64,000 bases of DNA, from NCBI RefSeq assembly GCF_006345805.1, contig NC_043010.1, forward strand, positions 24,056,001 to 24,120,000, read 5' to 3'. Position 1 is the first letter of the stretch, and each line of letters starts with the position of its first letter. The DNA comes from Octopus sinensis (lineage: Eukaryota). Under the pieces are notes generated by a model. It saw only the letters and a list, made by a program, of their open reading frames with translations, was not told where the DNA came from and did not search any database. Shown piece after piece: positions 12,721 through 26,314 of the stretch. The position numbers and the translations under genes are program-made.

Positions 12721-12960
12721 GTGATGTAGGCATAGTCAAACAAGTTTATCAAAGTCCCATATTGTATGTATTCTTGCAATTGTATTGAAGAACATTTAGA
12801 GCTTCAGGGAATGACAATGGAATGACAATGTACAACAAATAGACGTGAATGGATATTTGCAATTTGAGAATGAGAAATGGCATAAAGAAATCAAAGCAAG
12901 TATTCTTTTGAGATACACTTGTACTCTCGACACCAATGCTATATTATTTCATACCCCTTG

Positions 12961-13320
12961 AGGTGGCGGGCGGGCAGAATCGCCAACATGCCGGACGGAA
13001 TGCTTAGCGGTATTTCGTCTGCTGCTACGCTCTGAGTTCAAATTCAGCCGAGGTCGACTTTGCCTTTCATCCTTTCGGGGTCGATTAAATAAGTACCAGT
13101 TACGCAATGGGGTCGATGTAATCGACTTAATCCGTTTGTCTGTCCTTGTTTGTCCCTTCTGTGTTTAGCCCCTTTGGGTAGTAAAGAAATAGATATTTCG
13201 GTGCCTCTGAAGTCTATTTTGCCTTTCATCCTTTCGGGTTGGATAAAATAAGTACCAGTTGAGTACTAGGTTCGACGTAAAGGACTTTCCCCCTTCCTCG
13301 AGTTTGCAGGATTGTGCCAT
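12961..13320 (+). mobile_element. SINE family A with Tx1-like tail (to 13190) joined to a second truncated unit
   Basis: Tail ccttgtttgtcccttctgtgtttagcccctttgggtagtaaagaaat at 13144-13190, then a repeat of the central motif. Confidence 0.85.
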
Positions 13321-13498
13321 GTTTGACACCAATATTATTCACTTCTTTCTTTCTCACTTTTCATCAGTCACACTTCTTCTCTGTCTGCCTCTCCACCTGT
13401 CTCTCCCTCCCACGTTTCTCCTTCTCTCTCTCTCTGTATATGTCCACACACACACACAAACACACATACATATACACACACAAACACATATCTATATA

Positions 13499-14055
13499 CG
13501 AGGGTGAGTCGAAAAGTAATGCCATTTTGTTTAGGACAGGTATAATTACCAACACAGGAACATGTATCATACATCAAAATGAAGCTGGCCCTCTATGGAT
13601 CACATCCCTACTTCTCCACATATTCACAGTTTCTCTAAGTAGCCATGTTCCACCTTCGAATGAGAGCATGTATCTCTGCCCCTTAAAATTCTGTTGACTG
13701 TTCTTTGAGCTACATCTTCACTACAGTTTTCACTTCCTCGTCACTTGGAATAATGTTTGCCCCTCAAACCTTCTTTCGTGGCGCCGAAGAGATCATAGTT
13801 TGAAAGCGCTAAATCTGGCGAGTGTGGAGGTAGTGAAGAAGTGGCCCAAAGAACAGTCAACAGAATTTTACGAGGCAGGGATACATGCTCTCATTCGAAG
13901 GTGGAGCATTGCTATTGACAGAAACGGTGACTATGTTGAGGAGTAGGGATGTGATCCACAGAGGGCCAGCTTCATTTTGATGTATGATACATGTTCCTGT
14001 GTTGGTAATTATACCTGTCCTAAACAAAATGGCATTGCTTTTTGACTCACCCTCG
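13499..14055. mobile_element. Mariner-derived fold-back MITE built from two 3' ends
   Basis: TA flanks; ~226-bp inverted arms (13499-13724 / 13830-14055); both arms encode mariner C-terminal remnants (EFYEAGIHALIRRW..I.RNGDYVE); PPHSPDLA..Y.LF motif on the minus strand in the centre. Confidence 0.9.
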
Positions 14056-14089
14056 TATAATACACTACATAAATGTAGAAAGATAGATA

Positions 14090-14235
<146 letters not shown>

Positions 14236-14236
<1 letters not shown>

Positions 14237-17200
14237 TGTTTCTTTATTAGCCACACAGGGCTGCACACAGACGGGACAAATTACAAGGTAGAGCTTTTCT
14301 TTTGGGGATAAAAAAGGGGTGCTGGTTTCCGATCAAAAAGGATCGTAAAAGGAAAGAAAGAGGAAAGCAAAAGAAAAAGGGGGGGGTAAAAATAAAAGGA
14401 AAAAGAAAAAATCGATCAATAGGGATCATTATCACAGAAATGTCAATATAAAGTGTAAAGGGGAAGACAGGTGAGGTTTACCAGTGGAAAGAAAAGCCTA
14501 CGGAAAAGACCACGGTAACCTCGGTCAATGAAATCACATGTTACATTTTTATTCTACAAATAAGTAACTCTCTCTATTAAATTTTTACCGTTCATAGGAT
14601 CATACTCAAGGTGGCTTCATCATTCATACGTGCCATCCTTGCTACATTCACCCATCTTTTATTAAAACATTCACTAGACAAAACGTGCCTCTCTACTCTC
14701 ATTTTCCTTTTCAAGTGATACTTGAAGAAGTTGATGAGAGATTGACCAGAGAGGAAAGTGTTTCTCTCTAATCCTATCAGGCGCGTCCACCAGATACATT
14801 CTTTCGCCATAGCCACAAGTATGATAAAAATAGCTCTTCCTTCTCGTTTAAAGGAAGGAGGCATGACGATATTAACGATAGACTCGGCTGATAAACCGAC
14901 ACGTCCCACACGTGACAGCAGTCGTTCGGCATAAGCCCACAGGTCGGAGATTGTTGGACACTGCATGATTGCGAACGGTTTCGTCGCTCTGACCGCATCT
15001 CGGGCAGATCGGCCCCGTGTTTCTCGAGCCATGCCTATAGAGATTATTCCGAACATGTAGCGCTTCTCGGTAGCACTGCCAGGCCAGGGATCTCTGGAAG
15101 TTGTCCATAGGTCCCGGCCCGAAAGTCGTCTTAAAAAGGCGGGTTAGGTATTCCTCGTCGACGTCCAGGTTCGCCCCAAGATCGTCGTCGTACCTCCCCT
15201 CTACTAATCCTCTATAGAATGCTTGGGTGGTGTTGAAGTCACTCAAGGTCGACCCGGGACGGCAGTGTTGCTTGAGAGCAACGCGACATCGCGGTGCCAT
15301 TCGCCCTTCCTCGGCCTCTTTTTGATCCACGACTGCAGTTCGGTCATGGAGACGAGTTGCGGGAACGCGTGCCTCACAAACGGCGATCACACCTGTTCAC
15401 TGTCGTCTACATAGAGCTGGGGATGTTGCAGTCTCAGCGGGTGTCTGCGCATCATCAACCACGGCATGCCAAGCCCTGCTTTTAACGGGTGTTGACAGAA
15501 AATGGATCACCTGACCATCGAGACGCATCCTTTCCACAAGAAGCGGAAGAGAATGCGTTCTAGTTTGGTGATGGTAGGGACGAAACAAAGTACGACGGTC
15601 AGGCGGTAGTAGATGACGGACGCGATGTACGAGTTCGCCACCTCCGCCGGACCATCCGTCCAGCGTCCCACGACGGAGGCGCTGGTGGACGGCATGGGCT
15701 TGCTTCTCCAGGTGCCGAGCCGCAAGCTCACTGACTTTTCCCGGTTGATTTTCGCTCCTGTCACCGCTTCCTACTCTTTCAGTGTCTCGCCGACCGGCTC
15801 AATGTGCTCGTGGCTTGACACTATGACGGTTATGTCGTCCGCGTATGCAGACACGTTCGTCTCGCATCCCAGTTCTCGCGGGATGCCCCTCAGAGTCACC
15901 AGCTTCCGCAGTATTGGCTCGAGAGTCAATACGTATAGAAGCGACGAGATGGGGCATCCCTGACGGACCGAACGCGCAATGTCGAAAGGTCTCGAGAGAT
16001 GTCCATTTACGCGAATTACCGAACGGATAACTCTGTACAAAGAAGCTATCCAGCCGCGGAAGACGGGACCGAAACTAACCGTTCTCAGGACTGCCTCCAA
16101 GTATCGATGGTCTACCCTATCGAAAGCTTTCGATTGATCCAAATTGATCAGGGCCCCACCCATGCCAGGTTCCTTAACTACTTTGTCTATGATGTAGCGC
16201 ATCAGATGGAGGTTTTCATGGAAGCTCCGGCCCGGCACGGCGCACATTTGCGCCTTGTCAACCAGTTTCTCGATGACAAGCGCCAACCTCTTGGCTAACA
16301 CCTTGGTCAAAATGTTCAGATCTGCATTGAGCAGTGATGGGCCTAAAGTTATCTATAATGTCCCCCTTGTTTGGATCTTTCTTCAGCAGCGTTACGGCTC
16401 CTCGACTCACAAAACCGGGTATGCTCCCGTTTTGCTGCCAGTTGCAGTATACCGCTGCCAAGACGTCTCCAAACAAGTCTGGCATACAATTGTAAAACTC
16501 GTAGGGCAGACCATCCAAACCCGGCGATTTGTCTCTCGAGTATTCTGCCATCGCGTCCCGCACATCTGCCGCCGTGATGGCACCTTCGCAGCACTCTGCC
16601 TCTCTTGTCGAGAGTCGTGGCAGGCTGTGCAGGTAGTCACTGAAGTTCAAACTGCGTTCTCGCTCGCCACTCGTCCCGAACAGTCGGGGAAAATGCTGCT
16701 GAAACGCCTCGTACATCTTGCTCGGCTCGAGCAACTCGCGTCGCTTTTCATCTACCAGAGACCGAATGGTGGCTTTGTTGCCCCGTTGCGCCTCCGCCAC
16801 CCGGGCCTCTCTCGTGGCTCCAACACCTTCCATCCTTGGAGCACGCATCCCAGCCCTGACAGCACACCCTTCGTGTTTGGCGTTGAAGTGTTGGTCGATG
16901 GGCAACCTCGCCGCCAAAACGTCGGATGTGATGCTGCTTCTTATTGCTTCTTCTAACTTCTTAACTGGCTCACCCTCTACCTTGTTTCTATCTATGGCTA
17001 GTGCTTTGCTATACCTAATGGCTTCTGCTTTTACTGCTCTCTTGAGGGCAAACCACCATTTGTTGTTGACGATGGCTCCCGTCAAAGCCCACTTTACTAG
17101 TGTGCTAATTCGGTTTCTGAAAACCTGTCTCGACGGGAAAGACGCGTTCAGTTTCCAGTAACCAGGACCCTAAGACTAGCGTACACGTCACAAGCTTGTG

Positions 17201-17714
17201 ATCTGAGTAGCTGACTATGTGGAATTGTGGACATTCTAAGCTATCCCTATCTGTTGTCCTGCATAGTATCCTATCTAAATACAATCTCGACGATCCAATG
17301 CGGTTGCTCTATGTCCACGTTGGCACATTTGGGTGGTCGAGTCGGTACCTGTCAGACAGTTGAAAGCGTCTGAGCAGGTCTCTGAGGCATTTACATCCCC
17401 GTCAATTTTCGTCTCTCCCCACGTAGTCTAGATGCGTGTCCAAGGTAGCATTCCAATTCTCCACTAAAAGTAAAGGACGAGACGTTCCCAGGAATACTTC
17501 TAGACATCGAAAGAAATCCGGCCGACCTGTTAAAGGTGGTGCATAGACTGCCAGGAGTCGAAAAGCGCACCCATCCCTGCCGTCGACATTCATGTCAACC
17601 AGTTTTCCCTCCGGGTCTACGAATATCGTCTTTACTTCGAGATCCAGACTCTTGCAAAAAAGTACCACCGTGCCACTACCGCCCATTCTTGGCAGACAGG
17701 GAGAAAAATAAATG
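14236..17714 (-). mobile_element. L1-clade Tx1-like LINE, 5'-truncated within the endonuclease
   Basis: APE fragment (LLAVYAP..F...L..WNATLD), DKSPGLDGLPYEFY, KAFDRVDH, RQGCPISSLLY, YADD and C-terminal CPRCGQSDETV motifs; 3' UTR with AATAAA; (GATA)n on both sides. Confidence 0.93.
14592..17686 (-). pseudogene. Tx1 ORF2 (APE endonuclease-reverse transcriptase-Cys domain), frameshifted
   Basis: Split across ORF-track pieces 17402-17686, 16258-17085, 15771-16310, 15507-15764, 14872-15390 and 14592-15056. Confidence 0.9.
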
Positions 17715-17715
17715 T

Positions 17716-17780
<65 letters not shown>
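17716..17780. repeat. (GATA)n microsatellite at the truncated 5' end of the Tx1 LINE
   Basis: Direct sequence, same orientation as 14090-14236. Confidence 0.97.
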
Positions 17781-18116
17781 TAAAACCGTGAATATCCATG
17801 CTTTCTTATCACCCTTACCTTCGTTCTGTCTTCCTCAGTAATGGACACACGTACATACACGTTAACATTCATAAAGAAATACATTTGTACGAATATGACC
17901 AAATTATTATCTGTCAATCTCTCTCCGTCTGTATGTACACAGATAAACACAGACGTTTCTCAACACGATCGTTAAAAGCATTTAGTTAACATATAAAGCT
18001 CACACTTTTAAAATTAAGAAATCTCTTTTTGGAAAAGACATTACTTATTGCAGCATAGGAACAAACTTATTTCTCTCCTTTCTGTTTGTTTTTCTCTGCC
18101 CTACTCTCTCTCTCTC

Positions 18117-18195
<79 letters not shown>

Positions 18196-18330
18196 TCCTG
18201 TCAGTATGTGTGCACACAAACACGCATACGATCGCTGGAAACAGTTAGTTATCTTATTAGGCAACCACTTTCAAAAATATGAAGTTTCTTTTGAAAGATG
18301 TAGTCTATTAGTAGTTTATCAGTGCAGCCA

Positions 18331-18935
18331 TAAGGCAGCGAGCTGACAGAAACTTTAGTACGACGGGCGAAATGCTTAGCAGTATTTCGTCTGCCGTTAG
18401 GTTCTGAGTTCAGATTCCGCCCAGGCCGACTTTGCCTTTCATCTTTTCGGGGTCGATATATTTAGTACCAGAGAAACACTGGGTCGATATAATCTACTAG
18501 CCCCTCCCCCAAAATTTGAAACTTTGTGCCTATAGTAAAAAAAAAAATTCTTAAGGCGGCGAGCTGGCAGAAACGTTAGTACACAGTGCTAAATGCTTAG
18601 CAGTATTTCGTCTGCCGTTACGTTCTGAGTTCAAATTCCGCCCAGGTCGACTTTGCCTTTCATAGTTTCATCCTTTCGGGGTCGATAAATTAAGCACCAG
18701 TTACGCCCTGGGATCGATATAATAATCGACTTAATCGCTTTGTCTGTCCTTGTTTGTCCCCTCTATGTTTATCCCCTTGTGGACAATAAAAAAATAAGAA
18801 ATTTGCTCCCCCACCACATCGCTCTGGGTTTAGTCCCACTGTATGGAACACTGCGCAAGGAACTTCCATTATAGCTTCGTCCGGCCAAAGCACCGTGTAG
18901 TGGTTTTGGTACATAGAAACCGAAAGAAGCCTGTC
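18331..18935 (+). mobile_element. SINE cluster: family A (18331-18545), family A with Tx1-like tail (18552-18795), truncated family C (18796-18935)
   Basis: Shared heads and cores; family C motif gtcccactg..ttgggcaag-like..gaaaccgaaagaagcc. Confidence 0.85.
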
Positions 18936-18937
18936 GA

Positions 18938-19000
<63 letters not shown>

Positions 19001-19858
19001 AATATATATATATCAGAGTAAGCACATAAATGTGAAAGGTGGGAGAAATAGTACTCGAATACCGGAGGTAGAGTAATATGGTTTATTAATAAAGTACATA
19101 CACACACATATTTATATATAGGTGTGGGTGTGTGTGTGTGTGTGTATGTGTGTGTGTATGTGTGTGTGTATGTGTGTGTGTGTGTGTGTGTGTGTATTGA
19201 TATTTACTTACATGTACATATATCATGGAGTCTGCCGTCGGTAGACAACGTATGGGGGTTAGGCAATTTCTTGCCGAACAACCACACATATGATTTGTCT
19301 TTGTTCACATAAGCTCACTCTCTCCATCCGATCGACATTACCTGTACAGGTGCAAATGGGTGACACATGTGAGATGTCGAAATGATCGCAGAGCAACGTG
19401 TAATGAAGTGCTTCGTTCATCAACACTGTGCAACATTCGGTCTGGGAATCGAACCCACGACCTCGCAATTCACTAAGCCATGCGGTTTTACACACACACA
19501 CACACACATATACATATACGCATGTGCGTATATGTGTGTCTTTGTGTCTGTACCATCGCGTGACAACCAGCGTTCACGCCTACACAACTTAGCTTTCCGG
19601 GAAAAGTTGCTGATAGAATGAGAGCCACGCTGGAAAAGAACGTTTCTGGGGTCAATATATTCCACTGAAATTCCTCAAGGTGGTGGCCCCAAAATAACTA
19701 CGGAATAATGACGGAAATAAGTAAATGATAAGACTTTAAAAATATTACAAAATCGAAATAAAATGAGGAATTTCCATTGATCAAATTTCTCTCAAGAGAA
19801 CTTTCTAAAATATTCACATGTAAGTTTTGATGTGTTACTTTCTGTACAATAAGAACGC

Positions 19859-19859
<1 letters not shown>

Positions 19860-19934
<75 letters not shown>

Positions 19935-19972
19935 TAATCTATCTATCTATCTATCAATCTATCTATCTATCT

Positions 19973-20056
<84 letters not shown>
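19860..20056. repeat. Compound (TATC)n(TC)n(TA)n microsatellite
   Basis: Direct sequence. Confidence 0.97.
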
Positions 20057-20061
<5 letters not shown>

Positions 20062-20138
20062 TAAATATTAGGGAATAAATCCAAATTTACAGGGAAAAAA
20101 ATCAGATTTAGGATTAAATCGATTTTATAGTAAAATAT

Positions 20139-20466
20139 TATAAAATATTATTCGAGACAAAACCACTATTTTGCAAAACAACAAGGAAAGACTTAATCAA
20201 TACATAAATTTTAATAAATAGTCAAAAAAACCGCCACTACAATCGTTTCTTGTCTTGATCGACAATCTTCAGGTGGACTTCCAATAATTCAGTGTCAAAT
20301 TATGAAGTCATAATTTGACACTGAATTATTGGAAATCCACCTGAAGATTGTCGATCAAGACAAGAAACGATTGTAGTGGCGGTTTTTTTTGACTATTTAT
20401 TAAAATGTATGTATTGATTAAGTCTTTCCTTGTTTGTTTTGCAAAATAGTGGTTTTGTCTCGAATA

Positions 20467-20476
<10 letters not shown>
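20139..20476. repeat. 338-bp near-perfect palindrome, probably an inverted PLE pLTR pair
   Basis: Arms meet at ..caaattatga-ag-tcataatttg.. (20305/20308); a few mismatches/indels; HHR in each arm. Confidence 0.9.
20337..20379 (+). ncRNA. Type I hammerhead ribozyme motif (mirror copy on the minus strand in the left arm)
   Basis: CCAC-CUGAAGA-UUGUC(GAUCAA)GACAA-GAAA-C-GAUU-G-UA/GUGG. Confidence 0.7.
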
Positions 20477-20508
<32 letters not shown>

Positions 20509-20514
<6 letters not shown>

Positions 20515-21112
20515 GAAATGAGGTACTCAGAAGATCGGATGGTTTATATTTACAGATATTTATTTGCATGTTACATTTTTTATATATATATCATATCACT
20601 TAGATCATTAGCGCTTTCTCCCAATCTAGTGGGGTTTTCAAATCAAACTAAGTTCCTGTGTGAGGAGATTTGACCATTTTATAGAGTTTTGTAGTGGTGG
20701 GGAGGAATATAAGACAGTACAAGAGGGTGATGGATGAGGAGAAAGTGAGAGAGAGAACATGTGTGTGTGTGTGTGCGTGTGTGTGTGTGCGTGTGTGTGT
20801 GTGTGTTTTTGTATCTGGGATGAGTGCTAAAGAGAAAGAGGGGAAGTGAGAGTGAAGAAGAAGAAAATAATTTTTTTGGTCTGCTGGACAGAATATTGAC
20901 TCCAAGGAAAAAATAGAAAGAATTTCAGTTTTGACTACTTCACAGTGTCACTGTGTGGGTGGTGGCGGGGAGGCAGGCCATAAATTATATTTCCTTTTGT
21001 CATTGTGAGAAGAGTGTGTGTGTGTTTAATGGTCAAATGCTTTTTGGGGTTTAAGAATTCTTTCCACTTTTTATGATAGTTTTGTGGAGGTATGTGTGTG
21101 TGTCTGTGTGTG

Positions 21113-21159
<47 letters not shown>

Positions 21160-21424
21160 GTGGGTGTCCGTGAGTTTGGAGAAGGGAAGAGAGAAAAAAG
21201 AGGGTAAGGGGAAAAATTGTGTTGATATTTATACCACTATATATATATATACATGCTTATACATGAAATATTAGAAAAAAATAACATCTTTTATCGATTC
21301 AAAATGAGCAATTAAATTACACCATCTTGAAAGTTGCATATCATAGGAAAGTTAAAATTAAAATGACAGTTAAAAAGGAAAGATTAAGTAAATTACAAAA
21401 GTAATATAATGTATATAACAGGTA

Positions 21425-21522
<98 letters not shown>

Positions 21523-21757
21523 TAAATGTTCTACTATATTATGTTGTAAATCGAAAGATTTGTCCTTCAATGTATGATGAGTAAAATTTCAGCCATTTAA
21601 TTTGGGGGAGAACTTAGCTATGAAATATTTTTCCACTAGAATGGGAGAAAGCGCTAATGATCTAAGTGATATGATATATATATAAAAAAATGTAATATAC
21701 AAATAAATATCTGTAAATATAAACCATCCGATCTTCTGAGTACCTCATTTCTTCTAA
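20509..21757. repeat. ~124-bp inverted repeats (20509-20632 / 21633-21757) bracketing ~1 kb
   Basis: agaagaaatgaggtactcagaagatcggatgg...ctagtgg and its reverse complement, both abutting (TA)n. Confidence 0.8.
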
Positions 21758-22850
21758 TATATAATACCTGTACATCATCTCCAAACCTTCCAATATATAT
21801 ATATATTTCTATCAATCTATATATCTATTAATCTATCTATTTATGTATCTGTCTATCTATCTATATATCTATCTATTTATGTATATGTCTATTTATCTGT
21901 CTATCTATCTTTCTATCTATCTATCTGTCTGTCTGTCTGTTTGTCTCCCTGTCTGTCTATCTTTACTTTTGTTTATCTATCTATCGATCTATATATCTAT
22001 CTATTTATGTATTTATTTATCTTTGTATATATCTTTCTCCTTCTCGTCCTCTCTCTTTTTGCATATCTAACTCTCTCTCTCCATCTATCTATCTATCTAT
22101 TTATCCATCTATCTACGAATGTTTCTACATCAGTCTCTCATTCAATGCCCAAGTAACCAAGGCGAATTACAGGCACTGACAATTTCACTTTCTTTCCTGT
22201 CATAATTTCAAGAAAATAGTCGAACTAAATACACCCTTTTGAAGCAATACATCAAAAGCAAAGCATTCAAGGCGTAACATGAGAAATCTCAACAGAGCAT
22301 TGGCAACCTGTCTAATGAAAGTAGACTTGCTGTTTGTAGATCGTTAATATTGTGTATAGAAATTAAATGAGTTAAAACCTGACGAGTGCTTTGGTTTATT
22401 AAATGTTTCTTTTATATCATTACTTATTCCAGGACTGAAACACCAGGCCATGCGCTGGTATTTTATATTGAAAAAATATGAATTCGAAAATATTTCATTT
22501 TCAGCTAAAGATTTTAGCGATTTCACGTGATGAAAGAAGACATCACGTGTTTTCACAGACTGTTAAAAAACTAAACTAAACTAGAATAAAATAAAGGTAA
22601 TATAAACCTAACCTACCCATCTACCCAACAAAATCCCTGAATCAAAATTTAGATATAGTATTCCCTGTTGTATGTGATAAACATAAAGCGTTCTTGACAT
22701 GACAGAAACTTCATTTAAAACTTTCTTTTATGAATAGGTATAAAAGAGTTCTGAGTAATAGTCGTAGAAACCATTCATTTTAATATTTTATTCTTTCAAA
22801 CTGTTGGAAAGAAATATAAATAACAAAAACGGTAATCATCAAAAAGCCGA

Positions 22851-22851
<1 letters not shown>

Positions 22852-22938
<87 letters not shown>

Positions 22939-23000
22939 TGTAATAATAATAATAATAATAATAATGATGATAATAATAAAGAAATAATAATAATAATGAT
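22852..23000. repeat. (AAT)n microsatellite (another at ~23615-23715)
   Basis: Direct sequence. Confidence 0.95.
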
Positions 23001-23614
23001 AAAATAAAGGAAATTCACCAACAATAACATATTCATAGACATTTAGCGAAATTTTGAAAGAAAGCCGCCAGGAATTTTTCAGTCTTCTACCATTTTCTGC
23101 GAGCAATTGTTTCTTTGATTCGTTTAGTAGCCAACTTATTTACTTATTTCTGTTCAGAGAATGTAATTTACTAGCGTTCCTACATCAAAGACCTACATAT
23201 TCTTTGATGCGTGTGATTGAGTGCAAATGCAATATTCAAAACCATTCTTTTTATTTGAATCGTGCCAACGTTTATACTACTTCGATCGGGTTGAAATTCT
23301 TGTATGTCTGGCGAGGAAATATTTGATATCAGTACGTCGATTATTTTTATCCTTTCTTTCTATTAATCTGTTTCTTATTGCATGCAGACTAACGTATTAT
23401 ATACTCAATGAACTATCGAGATATATCACATCTAGTGCTATTATTTCGTTCTAAGATATCTTTAATTGAATGCAGTCTATGTCATAGAGCAATAGGTATG
23501 TTTCTGCAAAGTTGTTTGTAATAAGACTCTGTTTCCATACCCTGCTTTTAACACATTCACTAACACAGACACATCACAATGATCAATTAGATTATACTGT
23601 AATCCTTAGAGCAA

Positions 23615-23710
<96 letters not shown>

Positions 23711-24179
23711 AATAAATGAATGAATAAAAAGAAGCATGTCAATAATGTTCTAACTTCGATGTACACATGTAAGAGATTTCTTTAATATGGGGCCTATTTA
23801 CAGTTGAAATAACTGAGCCACCATCACCATCATTATTGTGTGGTTTGCTCGAACCCATTCATATGTTGGGCGGGTATTTTGAGGCAGTGTTTCATGGTTG
23901 GATACTCATCCTGGTGCCAAACATTTTAGTTCTATCTTACAACACATAGGGATGAGGTGTAATGACCTACATACACTTGATGTTTAGTGTGAATCAAGTG
24001 TCTGGCATTAGAGTAGCATTGACTGTCTGTCTATGTGTGTATCTGTGTCTGTCTGTTTGTCGGTTTGTATGTATGTATGTTGATAGATATGTACGTATAT
24101 ATGTATCTGTCAACTTTTCTATCTATTTATCTATAAGTTTCTCTGTCTCTTTATCTGTTTATCTGTCTTTCTATCTGTA

Positions 24180-24510
24180 TACTCTACTCTTTACCTTTTT
24201 ACTTGTTTCAGTCATTTGACTGAGGCCATGCAGGAGCAAATAGCCCCCAGGACTTATTCTTTGTAAGCTTAGTTGTCAAGCGATGTTGGGGGGACAAACA
24301 CAGATACACAAATATATACACACACACATATATTTATACATATATATGACGGCTTCTTCCAGTTTCCGTCTACCAAATCCAGTGACAAGGCTTTGGTCCG
24401 CCCGAGGCCATAGTAGAAGACACTTGCCCAAGGTGCCACGCAGTAGGACTGAACCCGGAACAGTGTGGCTGGTAAACAAGTTACTTACCACACAGCCACT
24501 CCTACGCCTA
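24180..24510 (-). mobile_element. tRNA-derived SINE family C (CORE-like ttgggcaagt motif, internal microsatellite)
   Basis: Reverse complement reads ggcgtaggagtggctgtgtggtaagtaa..ttccgggttcagtcc..ggcaccttgggcaagtgtcttc. Confidence 0.8.
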
Positions 24511-24929
24511 TACATATGCATATATATATATAAATACATACGTATATACATTTATATGTGTTAATGTATGCATGTACGTGTGCATACTCCCTTCTCCACC
24601 AAACACACACACACACGCGCACACATAGTGAGGAGTACTGGACAGTAACCCTGGCGGTATTTCTATATACGCATACTAAGAGTTAAATCCCCACCTGAAT
24701 TGATTTTGCACTAAATCCTTCTATTTTTCAATGAAATAAGTACCATTGAAATATCGCAATCAATAAAATCGATATTACGCTTCCAGCAAATTGACTATCT
24801 TGCTGTCGTGTGCCTGTGTAAAATATTGTTAATCCATTTTACACGTGGATATAGTTAATAATTTTGGTCGCATTTTAAGGCACATATTTAGAAAACATGA
24901 AATTATAAGTAATAATAATAATAATAATC

Positions 24930-24968
<39 letters not shown>

Positions 24969-25077
24969 TAATATTGGTTTAATGGCTTACCAATATACAC
25001 TATGAGTTTCTTTGCCCTAGGAGTTGGGAAGACACTCGGCAAGAAATGGAAGAAAATTTGAAAGAAGAAAAAAAAGA

Positions 25078-25078
25078 A

Positions 25079-25143
<65 letters not shown>

Positions 25144-25165
25144 AAGAAGAAGAAGATGAAGAAGA

Positions 25166-25212
<47 letters not shown>

Positions 25213-25228
25213 AATAATAATAATAATA

Positions 25229-25262
<34 letters not shown>
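25078..25262. repeat. Compound (AAT)n(AAG)n(GAT)n(AAT)n microsatellite
   Basis: Direct sequence. Confidence 0.97.
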
Positions 25263-25263
25263 T

Positions 25264-26110
25264 GAAAACGAAAGAAACTGAAAATAGGTGGATAAAGAAA
25301 AGAATGCATGGTCAATTTCATAGTGATGTTGAAGATAAGACAGACCGAGAAAAGAAATGGCTGTGGATGACGAAAAGTGATTTAAAACGGAAACAGAGGC
25401 TCTAATCTGTGCTGCCCAAGAGCAAGCACTAAGAACAAACTACCTAAAATACAGAATAGACAACACTGCAGAAAGTGATAAATGCAGAATCTATGGACAA
25501 AACGGTGAAACTTTATAGCATATTACCAGCCAATGTACGCCAGTAGACCAGAAGGAATATAAGAGACGCTACGACTATATAGCCAGGATTGTCCATTGGA
25601 CACTTTGCAACAAGTATGGACTTGACAGAGCAAAAAATTGGTACGACCACAAATCGTTGAAAATAGAAATGCAAGGATCCCTGTGGGATTTTATGATTCA
25701 GTGCGACCATGAGATAGAGAATAGGAAGCCAGTCATAGTTTTAATTGAGAAAGAAAACAAACGAGCTTGATCATAGACATAGTATGCCCAGCTGACAACA
25801 AGATATGCGATAAGGAAGAAAGAAAAGTCGAGAGGTTAGCTTGGGAAGTTAAGCAGTTGTTGTCGGTGAAAATGGTAGCACTAGTACCAATAATTGTCGG
25901 AGCCCTGGGAACAGTGAGCAAAAATCTCGAGAAGTACGTGGAATAAATAGGGGCCGCAATAAGAGTGGAGCACTTGCGGAAAACAGCACTGCTTGGAACC
26001 GCTGGAATACTCCGGAAGGTGCTCGAACAATAAGAGGTGTTACCTTAGTTTACTGGTATTGAACTGCTAACACTGTAATACATCTCCAGCATTAGAAGCT
26101 GTGCAAAGGC
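25264..26110 (+). mobile_element. R4/Dong-like LINE 3' fragment (CCHC + restriction-like endonuclease), degraded
   Basis: W.KKRMHGQF, EALICAAQEQALRTNY, DKCRI..Q.GETL.HI.S.C, ILWDFMIQCDHEIENRKP, VPIIVGALGTV, KTALLGTA.ILRKVL*; ends in (AAT)n. Confidence 0.9.
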
Positions 26111-26314
26111 AATAATAATAATAATCCAACCTACACAAGCCTAACCTTCTTATTTCCAATAATAGTGGTCCTGTGGCATTTTTTACATACCATGCTATGT
26201 TGTTTATTTCCACCCTAGTGTTGTGTTCACATCTTTCCAACAAGTATGGACTTGACAGAGAAAAAAAGTGGTACGAACATAAGCCGCTTGAATACTCTGG
26301 ATGGTGCTCGAAAA

